From NCBI RefSeq assembly GCF_001194135.2, contig NC_068981.1, forward strand, positions 88,051,947-88,108,655: a stretch of 56,709 nt of DNA, written 5' to 3'. The notes beneath the pieces were generated by a model. It had not been told where the DNA came from. It saw nothing but the letters and a program-made list of their open reading frames with translations, and did no database searches. The translations under genes were made by a program, and so were the position numbers. Source of the stretch: Octopus bimaculoides (lineage: Eukaryota). This document shows positions 11,308 to 22,212 of this stretch, piece by piece; within the stretch, counting starts at the first letter, position 1, and every line of letters starts with the position of its first letter.

Positions 11308-11344
<37 letters not shown>
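11308..11344 (+). repeat. Poly(A) run (~37 nt) in the LTR element leader
   Basis: Homopolymer between the putative PBS and gag. Confidence 0.9.
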
Positions 11345-11348
<4 letters not shown>

Positions 11349-11402
11349 AATCGCAGCAGAAAAATATTTTAAAAATCCACTCTTCGGACACATCCTCGCA
11401 GC

Positions 11403-11638
11403 TGGTAACAACGTGCCGAAATAGCTTGTGGTTTGAAGGCGCGTAAATTAAGTCGTTCTTACCTCGACTTGCAATCGGGTACCGTTGGCAAGATTGTTCA
11501 ATTCTAAACACGTGTTGTTACGAACTCTCTATCGCCACGTCTCGCCTCAGTCAAAGATAGCATGAAAAGGGGAAAGTTTTCTTCTCACTCGCCGGCGCGA
11601 CATCATCTCTCTCTCCTTCCGGTATTCCTTCCACCCCA
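11403..11638 (-). repeat. 5' LTR
   Basis: TG...TTACCA termini on the minus strand, followed by GCTGCGAGGATG (tentative degenerate tRNA-Ser-like PBS). Confidence 0.7.
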
Positions 11639-12620
11639 TACTAAATATTTTAAATATACGACAGATGCTGGGCACTGACCTTGTGCAAACTAAGTTCACG
11701 CACCACGTAGCTAGATGGACTTAGTAATATTTTTATAATAATAATGATTAAATACTACGGCTTTTCTAAATTTGAAATGAAATTACATGTGACCTTGGCA
11801 AAAAAAAAAAAATTATTTCGATAATGCTCAATAGTTTTACAAAATTAAATTAGAAAATTGGACAAAACAGAGAACACAATTGAAAAATTAAAAAGAAAGA
11901 AAAACAAAATAAAGCCCAAAACAATTAATCACTTTAGGTTGAAAAATTGGGGGCGTTGGGAAACTTCTCTAATGGCTATTGAGACACACCAGCACGCTTG
12001 CACCGTTGCCCCGGGTGACGGCGAGGCAGATGCGCTGGAATAGCCAAGCACCCTCACCAGTTACCTCTGCTAGGTGAGTTTCCAGTTAAGACAGGAGTAT
12101 AATTCATTTTATAATGTCAGTACTGAAATATTTAAAGCCAAGAACTATTGAGCATGCAGGTAAATGAATTTCAACAAGTGAAGGAATATCAAGCTTTTAA
12201 ATGGATTCTTATATTCATCATTGCCACCGTCAGTAACCAAAAATATATTTCAAAACTGCTTCAAAATAGGTTACTTAGAATCTGACGACAGTGTATTTGC
12301 CCAAAACGACTTTCGATTTTGAAGGTATCTGCCTCTCGACCAGACGGAAATCTGTTTTTATAAGACGGTAAAATGAAGGAGGAATTTGTTTACATTAAAT
12401 GGATTACATTTCGGTGTGTGGATAATATACTCGCTTCAATTTCTCTAAGCATTACTTCCAGACAATCAAATGTTCGCGACGACTACATGACAGTCCTTGC
12501 ACACCTCAACATGCAGTTACTACGATTTTGGGGGTTTTGTATGAGAATATGTTAATCATATACACACATGCATATTGATAAACTCCTGCGTCGTTATCAG
12601 TCAAATGGAACTAAGTCAAT

Positions 12621-12783
12621 ATTGTTTTAATGTTTTTCTAACCTGTTTGGATGAAAATCTGATTTTCACCAACAAACCACGTATAAACATGAATGAGGGT
12701 AATTGTTTTAATGCTTTTTATAACCTGCTCGAATGAAAATCTGATTTTTGCCAACAAACCACGTGCAGACATGAATGGAAGGG
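12621..12783. repeat. Two-copy ~82-bp tandem duplication
   Basis: TAACCTG....ATGAAAATCTGATTTT..CCAACAAACCACGT...ACATGAATG occurs at ~12640 and ~12721. Confidence 0.85.
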
Positions 12784-13039
12784 AAAGAAAAATAGGGAGA
12801 AAAAGGGAAAAGGAATGAAAACCTTTGAAAAAAAAAAAAAAATCTAAATCACTACATCCTGCAGTGATCACAGTAAGCATACCACAAATTATACAAACAA
12901 TAATATTTACACAAATCTGTAGGTAGATGCATACCAGACACAAAGTGAAGAGAAATCACGCTATTTCACCTGAGTCACCGTAACGTCTATTACAAAAGCA
13001 TTAATGATCTGCTCTCTGTTCTTTTTCCTTGCATTTCAG

Positions 13040-16000
13040 CGCTTTTGATCTTGAACTTAACTATTCAACAGTTTATCTTGTTTTGCTCCATTCCCTCTGC
13101 CATTTTGGAGGATGTCGCATGTGTGTGACTCGTTAAACTTTTCTGATAGCGCTCTGTAAAGTTTTGCTACCTTTTTATTCTTTTCCTCACTTATCCCCTC
13201 CCCCCACTTATTCTTGTATATGCGTTGCTTTCTCTCCCAACCACCGGCAACTGCTGCTTGATGGCGTTGCCACCACTTTAACCTATCCATTCTTGGTGGC
13301 GGAGGCATGCGTCGAACGACCGAGAGACCTGCTTGGTGGAGCAACCACTGACCTCTCATTCTCCACCAACTTCGGCACGCTCGAGAGAAGCTAACCTCTC
13401 TCCACCACGGGTTCCAAACGGAATTAACCCTGCCAAATCCACCACTCCTTCAACTTTTAACTCTCTCCTCGCACCACCCGACCTCTGTTCTAGTCCAGTC
13501 GTTGGAACCAATGCTGCTTACCCTGCCTCCTCTGCTAACTCACTTCCTCAATTGAGTTCTAATGCTAGCCCACCACCTGACTGTACTCTGTGCTTGCACT
13601 AGCTGATACCTAAAGGCAATTAATTGTCACTTGTGCCACCAAAATTACCACAGGAGTTGTGTCCACATCACCAAGGCTCAAGCCGAAAGTATTCCACATA
13701 GGACTTGTAGTCAGTGCCACTTCAGCTCCAATGCACTTCTTGGAGATGCCTCACACTCCAACAACCAGCTCTCTACTGAGGACTTTGCTGCAGCCCTCCA
13801 GGGTTTATCCGAATCAAAGCTTATTAACCAGATCACTAAGGGAGCTTGGAATAGCCTTGCTCATGCGCTCTCCAGCTTGTTGAAAAACGTATGTTTATCC
13901 AACAATGCGTCCGACTGGCAGAAACTGTTTCTGTTCCCTCACATCTCTCTCCATGTGCATGATGTGAAATCAGGCTCCCTTACATCCACTCTCAAGTGAC
14001 AGTTCCAGTTATTTGAGTCCACCCTGACCACTTCTCACCTCAATTTGACATTGAGCACGGAGCCTACCGACAGGCAACCGGTAAACCTCAAGCGCACAGT
14101 CAATGCCAAATTCAGTCCTCCCCTGCTCTGTGTAACTCTGAGTCTCTTAGATATCTGAAAGAGAAGCACCCATCGGCACCCTCAGATAATCAACTAAACT
14201 GGCCCAATCTCTCAGAATACTTGAGACCGGTCTTCACCTCTGATAACATCAGAAAAGCGATTTCATCTTTCCCTGCTGGTTCAGGTGCAAGAATTGATGG
14301 CCTTTAGTTTCAACACCTCAAGGATGGTATCTCCTTATCAGCCGGTGACACTGGACTTGAGCTTTTAGAGAATTTGACTCAGTTTGTGAACCAGTTCTCT
14401 TTGGTGAATGTCCTATTCTTTGGTGCAAAATTATTCGGGCTCACTAAACTCAATGGAGACCTGCGCCCCATTGCAGTTGGCTGCACTCTTCGCCATCTCA
14501 CTGCAAAAGTGTGCTTACAATTGGTCTTTAGCATATAGGAGGAGTAATTTTTCCCCCCACCCAGCTAAGAGTGGGTGCCAAATTGGGATGTAAAGCTGTT
14601 ACCCATGCTATCAGAGCCTATGCCAACTTGCCCTCTTTGTCCTCCAAGGTCATCCTCAAACTTGACCTTAAGAATGCCTTCAACTCCATCAACTGCAATG
14701 CCGTCCTCAGCTCAGTAGGAGAGAAGGTACCACAACTCTACCGCCTTGCATGGCAGGCTTATCGGGAGCCCTCCTATCTCTTTCAGTGACCAAATCATCA
14801 TCTCCACCTCAGGAGTCCAACAGGGCAACCCACTCAGGCCCACTATGGGAATTGATGACATCACCAAGATGAGGGTTGAGCTAGACCTCAATGTCTGCTA
14901 TCTTGATGATGCTTGTTTGCAGGGACCTCCAGACAGGGTTCTTGCCATTGCAAACATGATGGTTGGGGAGCTTGGTCACCGGGATTTCCAAGTAAACAGT
15001 TCCAAATGTGAGCTCTGGATCCTCAACCACCCGGCTTCTCAACATCAACCAACTATTGACCTTTTTGCAGAGTCCTTCCCTTCCATTACAGTCCCTCCCC
15101 CATTGGCTTGGTGCTCCTTAGGAGCCTCAATCACTGACCTTGCCTTTGAGTCCATCTTCCAGTCGAAAGTGGCTGCCCTTGAGCAATTGCTGAAAAATAT
15201 TGAAGCCATCAAACCCCATCAAGGTTTTTTCATACTTAGGAATTACCTCTTGATCCCTAAGCTTCCATATTTGCTCAGGGTCAGCTCATCTTACCGATTC
15301 CCATTGTGCCTCTAACACTTCAACAACCTCATCTTTGAGAGACTCGAATGCTTGGTCAATGTCAGACTCTCTCCATTTTCCACAATCAGGCTGCATTACC
15401 CAAGTGATTTGGGGGTCTAGGTTTTAATAAGTGTTCGTCCCTCTCTCCCCCCCTGCTTCCTTTCCTCCACTCACGCCTGTTCCACCCTGGTGAGCAACAT
15501 CCTCTCCTCTGCAACATAGACCTCTCCAACACTGGAAGGAATTGGGTTTGTCTACTCCTGAGAAGGTGGGGGACTGTCGGAGTTAGAGAGCTTAGGAGCT
15601 TAATTTCGAAGGCCACCTTCAACTCCCTCTTCATCCAGTTGGACCAGTTTTCAGGGTGCCACTTACTGTCTGCTAGCATCAAATACTCAGGTGACCGGAT
15701 TGATGCCATCCCTGTGGCTAATGTTGGCGGCCTACTCAGCTTGGACGAACTCCATGTCTCCATTGCTCTCAGAGTGGGAGCTGACGTATGCATGGGTTTG
15801 ATCTGTCTTTGTGGCAGGCTCCTCAACTTCACAGGCCTCCATGGTCTTTCTTGCTACCTGAATGCTGGTCGCTTCCAGTGTCATTCGGAGTTGAACCTTA
15901 TACTCAAGAGGAGCTTGGCCCGCACAAACATCCCCTCCATCTTGGAACTATCTAGATTATCCAGATGTGATGGGAAAAGACCCGACAGTCTCATCTTGTG

Positions 16001-16300
16001 CCTTTGGTCACGAGGCAGATGCTTTGTTTGAGATGTCACAGTTAGCAACTCCTTTGCTTCTTCTCACATCCTGGATGCTGCGGTCAGGGCACGATCTACA
16101 GCTTCTGCAGCCAAGCTGAACAAAATTCTGAAATGCCGCAATCTGTCGATCAACTACATTTTCCATCCTGTGGCATTCGAGATGTTTGGTAGAGGTCAGA
16201 CCACTAACTGCGAGATTCCTGTGTTCATGGGCAACTCACCTAGTAGAAGTAACTGGTGAGGCTCATGAAGGTGCTTAGCTGTTCCAGTGCATCAGCCTTG
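13040..16300 (+). mobile_element. CRE-like non-LTR retrotransposon (PHD + RT + CCHC + restriction-like endonuclease), decayed and 3'-truncated
   Basis: RT: DGL*FQHLKD, LRPIAVGCTLRHLTAK, KLDLKNAFNSI, GVQQGNPL, YLDD. C-terminus: CLCG....GLHGLSC, H.ELN, DGKRPD, W.RGRCFV*DVTV. Multiple frameshifts. Confidence 0.85.
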
Positions 16301-16382
16301 GCAAACTAGATACTGAAAGAAGGTGGTGGGGATTCTAGATTCATTAACTAAGTCACATTTGAATAATAATAACAATAACTTA

Positions 16383-16521
16383 CATTATTTACATTTGACG
16401 GATATTTGTCCTCATCTTGTTTGTTGTTAACACAACGTTTTGGCTGATATACCATTCAGCCTTCATCAGGTGTCTTGGGGAAATTTCGAACCTGGGTCCT
16501 CATTCCTAAGGTATTTTTCAA

Positions 16522-16556
<35 letters not shown>

Positions 16557-16870
16557 TCACTGCCTGGAATTGAACTTAGAATCTTGGGGTTAGTAGCCCG
16601 CACTCTTAACCACTATGCCATATGCCCACGGGCCTGAATGATGATGATGATGATTAAAATAAATAAATAAATAATAACAATAACAACAACAACAATATCG
16701 AAAAATACCTTAAGAATGAGAACCTAGGTTCGAAATTTCCCCAAGAACACCTGATGAAGGCTGTGGCGGGTACATCAGCCGAAACATTGTGTTAACAACA
16801 AACAAAATGAGGACAAATATCCATCAAATGTAAATGATGTACATAATTCCTCATCTCTTAAATATAGAAC
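16383..16870. mobile_element. Penelope-derived foldback element (tRNA head + hammerhead arms), 12-bp TSD
   Basis: Inverted ~170-bp arms homologous to 6700-6820. AACAATAACTTA at 16371-16382 and 16871-16882. Confidence 0.85.
16747..16792 (+). ncRNA. Minimal type I hammerhead motif (right arm)
   Basis: ACAC-CUGAUGA-A-GGCUG(12 nt)CAGCC-GAAA-CA-U-U-GUGU. The antisense copy at 16430-16473 has palindromic ACGU but a G12 to A change. Confidence 0.7.
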
Positions 16871-17063
16871 AACAATAACTTAGCTGTTGATTAAAGAAAG
16901 AGCNNNNNNNNNNNNNNNNNNNNNNNNNNNNNNNNNNNNNNNNNNNNNNNNNNNNNNNNNNNNNNNNNNNNNNNNNNNNNNNNNNNNNNNNNNNNNNNNN
17001 NNNNNNNNNNNNNNNNNNNNNNNNNNNNNNNNNNNNNNNNNNNNNNNNNATTGTATGCATTAA

Positions 17064-17712
17064 CCCATTACCTCCCATAATTCTATTAACTGGAATTTTT
17101 TTTTATGAAACTTTGATTTCTAGCATAAAACGGCCTTAGAAACACGCTGGAATGATCAAAATAACATTTCAAAATAACATTTTAAATAGAAATAAGTGAG
17201 ATATTGGGTGAAAAATTAGCAAACCTCATTTGAATATCAGAGAAATATACCTAGTAGATATAGCAAAAAGGTTAGATATGTGTAAATATTGACAGATAAT
17301 TACGAAATTTGTAATTTTTAAGTGATCTCATATGAGATTGTAGTAACGCTGTGCGCATGTGTAGTCTCACGCATGCGTGGAATTCAACATCCAAGCTTTC
17401 CCGCTTTATTCTGTCTCTTTCTTGCTGGCCAGCGATTGAGCATTGACGTGTCTAGCTGTCTTCTCCATCTTTCGAACTGCCGCCAGACAGCTCACATCAA
17501 CATTCCAACGTCTCAACAACCATGCTCTCAACACAGAAGGCGACTCAGCAACCAAGATTAAAGATGTCTATTTACCACCATAAATAAATATTGTTTGTGT
17601 TGATAGTTTGGAGTTCTGCGTTCCGTTTATATTCTAATTTAATATAGGAAAGCAGGTGTACATCTAATGATGTATAACCCACTTTCCTATAAGATCACTG
17701 GTAGGTAATGGG
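17064..17712. mobile_element. piggyBac-type non-autonomous element
   Basis: TTAA|CCCATTACCT ... AGGTAATGGG|TTAA: 10-bp perfect TIR with TTAA TSD. Confidence 0.8.
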
Positions 17713-19321
17713 TTAAACAGATCAGGTTTCAAGAACAGAAGTTCAATGATCAAACACTTCTCACATTGTTATTTAACTTCATTCACGTTTTACACAGTAA
17801 ATATCTCTTACCATATCATTGACAATTTTTGCTTTGTAATCTACGCCATATTTTGTTTACAGAATGTGTAAAGATTAATACAGAAAGTATATGCAAAAGA
17901 AATGATTAGGTGTTATTTTTTTGCTTTGTCATCTTTGATATTGTCGTATTGATCCTGTCAATTTTAGGTTGCTTAGTAAGTGTGTATATATGTTGGCCAT
18001 TATTCAGTTTATTCAAGATTTCTTGCCAAGAGAGAAAGTGCCAGTTTCTAACCTAGATCAAAGGCTTCTTCATTGGAATTTCAACATCCAAAGGGTATTT
18101 TTGTATGTATGTATGTATATGTGCAGATTCATATGTTTTGTTTTATGTATGTATTCTTATGCATATAGTTGCATGTCTAGACATGCTCATATATACTTAA
18201 ATGATAAACTTCTGGAAAGTTTTACAAATTTTTACAGTTCTAGTGATGGCTTGGATCTGTAGTCTTTGAATTAGCTTTCTCTTTTCTGGTTTTGAGAAGC
18301 CTAATTTCTCAACGTATGTATGCATGCATGTATGTATCTTTATTTTTGTGTGTGCACGCATATGTGTGTGTGTGTTTGTTTTGGAAAAAAAGATGTTTTT
18401 AATAAAAAAATAATTATATAAAAAGTTGTTCAAAAAAGCTTATTAACACAAACCTGACAGAAAAGTTTTTGTGTAAGTGAACTGTCTTCAGCTTTTCAAA
18501 CACTCGTGGTATAAGGTGATCTGTATATGGATGTGGATGTGTGTGTGTGTATACAGATCAGAGAAGAAAGATGTCAGGTTATGAAGATCACATTCAACAA
18601 AATGAGATTTTAACAGAGAAAATAGCTTCAGAATTGTTCGAGACTTACAGTATTTAGTTATGACCCTTTACGTTCTGAGTTCAGATCCCTTCACAGTCTA
18701 ATAAATTCTTATGGTACTCACAAATGAAACAAACAAAAAACAGCACCTACTCAAAGTCAGAAGCTACTTCAGTTCTAAACAACTACTGACATAGCACAAA
18801 TGTACCCTTCACTAGAGCACTGTTTATATACCTGAGGCAGAGCATAGGCTGTTCAAAAACTTGTATGGAAGAAAAAAAATGAAAGAAAAAGAAGAAAAGC
18901 CATTACCTGACTAATTGGTAGACTTTCACATACTACAATGACTAGCACATTACTATTGTATAACAATTCTGCTCCTGCTTATTTTTATAGTGGTTACAAC
19001 AATTATTACTTCCAAAAACTATTATATGTGTACCACACCCACATAAACCACCTTAGTTCATCTGTCTTACATAATTTCTATAGAGTCTCAATTCTCATAC
19101 TTGAAACAATTTAGTGTTTCAATCATTGGTGACCAGTTAGATGCAATGAATGCCATATGTGCAGTCAGATCTGGTAGATTGAGGCATGACTTTCAAGTTG
19201 AATGTGTGAACTGTACAAGCAAGGCTTTTTAGGTGATACATTAAGATTGCTATGGAAGGGTTCTGCACGGTAGATTTGCTCACCATTCTGGCACTAACAA
19301 ATTTACATTGATGAGTCTCTT

Positions 19322-19538
19322 TAACATTCAAACAGGCTGTATCAGACCCGAAATATTCTGCTTGTTTTATGCTCAAACTGGCTAGATCAGGCATCTTACC
19401 CCTACCTAACAATGTCAGTCTAAAAATAAACAACCACATCATCAAAATCTCAAAGTTATGAGATAATTCATGATTAATTCAAAACTATGAATAAATGAAC
19501 ATTACATTTGACAGAGTAATCTGTATGCTAAAGGGTTA
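19322..19538. mobile_element. piggyBac-like MITE (partial)
   Basis: Ends ATGCTAAAGGG|TTAA. The internal sequence matches 33000-33190, which starts TTAA.CCTTTAGCAT. Confidence 0.6.
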
Positions 19539-19799
19539 AAGTTTCTGATCACTTATTAAGCATCATCATTTCAATGTCCACTTTTCCATGCCTGCAGATT
19601 TTCTACAGCTTGATACCCTTCCTGTCACCAACTCTCACCTGTTTTCATGCAAGGTAATATTTCCCTTTGGCCAGACATGTTCTTGCAGAATATTAGAAAT
19701 AAATGACAGTGACAATCATTTTACAACTATCATATGATGTCAAAACAAGGAAACACACACACATTCATGCACACACATGTATGCACGCGTGCACACACA

Positions 19800-19935
19800 C
19801 ATGATGGGCTTTTTTTCAGTTTCTGTCTACCAAAATCACTCACAAGACACTTGCCCAAGGTGCTACAGAGTATGACTGAACCTGGAACCACGCGGTTGGG
19901 AGCAAACGTTTTATCACACATACATACCAGTGTCT
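19800..19935 (-). mobile_element. CORE-type SINE (OR2-like) 5' part
   Basis: GACACTTGCCCAAGGTGC is the reverse complement of the CORE-like ACCTTGGGCAAGTGTC. tRNA-like head present. Confidence 0.8.
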
Positions 19936-21114
19936 AGCCATACCTGCACCTTGTTGGAATAAACTCCCTTTTGCTTTGGTACTATTAAAAAGTGATTGAT
20001 CATCTCCCAAATGGACAGGAGCTTAATCTCTGCTGCAGTATGTCTGTCCTTCTAGCTGCCACGATTGTTATAAATACAGTGGTCAGCCAAGGGACAGACA
20101 AGAAAGGCCTAGGACGCAGACGAGAAAGGTCTACGACATGATAGAAGGTTTTGGCAAACCGCAGAAACCGAGAGAAATGATTGAGCTAAGTTCCACGGTA
20201 GACTACTGTCTCAGATAAACTATGCGTGCCCGCACGCACGCACACGCACGCATGCACACACACACACACACACACACATCCATTTCTGACATGTCACTTC
20301 CACAGATGTACCCCGTTTCTATTTCTAGCAACTCGTAACAGTTGTCAACATATGCATGTAGTGAAGAATTATGTGTACCAACGACAAATTAAGTCCAGTG
20401 AATAAATCATTTTAAATATGAATCGATTCATTCATTTGTTTACTTCAAAGGCATCCACATTCCTATCGCATTTGTTCACCTGATACACATCTAACCACTA
20501 CAGATGTTTATGTATGTTAAGTATATACATATACATGCCTATTATCCTAAAGTTTAGCTCATTTTATTGTTTCATTTTCAACAGAATGAAGGCCAATTGG
20601 TAAACTAGAGTGTAACTTATACACCGAGTTCATCATCCTTTAGCATCTGTATTCCATGTTGGAATGGGTTGGGAAGTTTGAGAGAATCTGACAGGTCAGA
20701 GGATTGTGTTGAGCTCCAATGTCTATTTTAGCATGGTTTCTATGGTTTGATGCTTTTCCTAATGCTAATCACTTTACAGTGTGTACTGAATGTTTGTTTT
20801 TGTGTCACTGGCACTAGTGAGGTCACCAAGTAGCTTTCAAGACAAGACCCTTTGATTGAGAGGTGTGTAATATTGAGGGAAGCAGCTTATGTCTAGTGTT
20901 GAGAGGCAGGAGTATGATAGAGGGATAGGAACAGATGACTTGCTGTAGACAGTTATCCCATTTGGTAAAGGAGAGAAGATGGTGGTAATGAGGTGTTGGG
21001 TTGTACCCTCAAGATACAAGATGGTGAATGTGAGAGGGATGGAGAACAGAGTAACAGGTGAGGAGGATAAGGGCAGAACATCAGATAGATTCACAACAAT
21101 ATATTCTTTCATCT

Positions 21115-21470
21115 TCTTTTACTTGTTTTAGTCTTTTTGACTGCAGCCATGCTGGAGCACTACCTTGAGAGGTTTTTAGTCAAACAAATTGACCTCAGGA
21201 CTTATTATTTGTAAGACTACTACTTATTCTATTGATCTCTTCTGCTGAACTGCTAAGTTATGGGAACGTAAACACACCAACACCAGTTGACAAACACATA
21301 AAGACACACACGCATATGATGGGTTTCTTTCAGTTTCTGTTTACCAAATCTCCTCACAAGGCTTTGGTCAGCCCTAGGCTATAGTAGAAGACACTTGCCC
21401 AAGGTGCCATGCAGTGGGACTGAACCTGGAACTATGTGACTGGAAAGCAAGCTTCTTACCACATAGCCAC
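21115..21470 (-). mobile_element. CORE-type SINE (OR2-like), near full length
   Basis: tRNA head, CORE-like block, (CA)n insert and the tail GGTGCTCCAGCATGGC.GCAGTC...GTAAAAGAA. Confidence 0.85.
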
Positions 21471-22093
21471 ATCTGCAACTATGCAGATCACAAAACAAGA
21501 GTTCAAAATATATACAAACCAACAATTTTGAAATATTTTTGTTTTCAACAAATTAGTAGTGTAAAAAAAGGACAATATGAAGTTTTCATTCCTTCAATGC
21601 ACTAAAGTACTAAATTACTGTGGTTGTCAAAAACTCCATTTTGTTTTTTGTAAACTACAATGATTTGGAAAAATTAACACCATTATTGTATGACTTCAAC
21701 AGTTGACTTTGATTTTCTAGAAAGGTCTAGCCACAAAAAAGAAAAACAGTATCCAACTCAGGTGGCTACATGCCTCTTATCTTGATAAATCAATTGAAAC
21801 AGTATCTATATCCCAGATGTTACTCAAAAGTAGTAATTCAAAACTAAATTTCCATTAGATCAGCAATATAAGAATTTACACCAATTCTTCTGACAATCAA
21901 ACAAATATATATATATTTTTTAGTAAATTTTATTTCATAATTGTAATATAGGGAAAAATAAGTATAAAAACATGGAAACATAATAAACTTTTGTTTTTTG
22001 TTTTACCTTTTGCCGTCCTAGATGAATTTAGTCCCATTATTAAAGTAAATATCACTAGAATAAAACTGGTTTATATTTATGTGGATTGATTAC

Positions 22094-22114
22094 CTGAAGA
22101 TTGCACCAAGCAAC
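22094..22114 (-). other. Candidate micro-exon (21 nt) or terminal-exon start
   Basis: Very strong acceptor TTTTCTCTTTTCTTTTCTCCTTTCAG and donor CAG|GTAATC. Confidence 0.25.
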
Positions 22115-22212
22115 CTGAAAGGAGAAAAGAAAAGAGAAAAATCTATTAAAACAAAAAGATTATGAGAGACTTTTTCAGAAACTATATTTTATAAATATAC
22201 AAACCTTCTTTT

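Larger units (their letters stand above)
7626..11638 (-). mobile_element. LTR retrotransposon with Ty3/Gypsy domain order (gag-PR-RT-RNaseH-IN), decayed
   Basis: Direct repeats at 7626-7811 and ~11403-11638. Gag has two zinc knuckles (CFRC..PH; CF*CGYPGHIENNC). Protease LVNTGC at ~10490. RT IIDLKSAY..YIDD. RNase H WCDAS..HINVAEL..TDS. Integrase C..CQSIDP, DVTHY..VDCGPGR. G-rich PPT-like tract next to the left LTR. Confidence 0.92.

Noticed and set aside
17969-18660. Plus-strand exon candidates (FIQDFLPREKVP...; MSGYEDHIQQ...)
   Set aside because: The donors are weak, the phases are inconsistent, and I recognise no homology.
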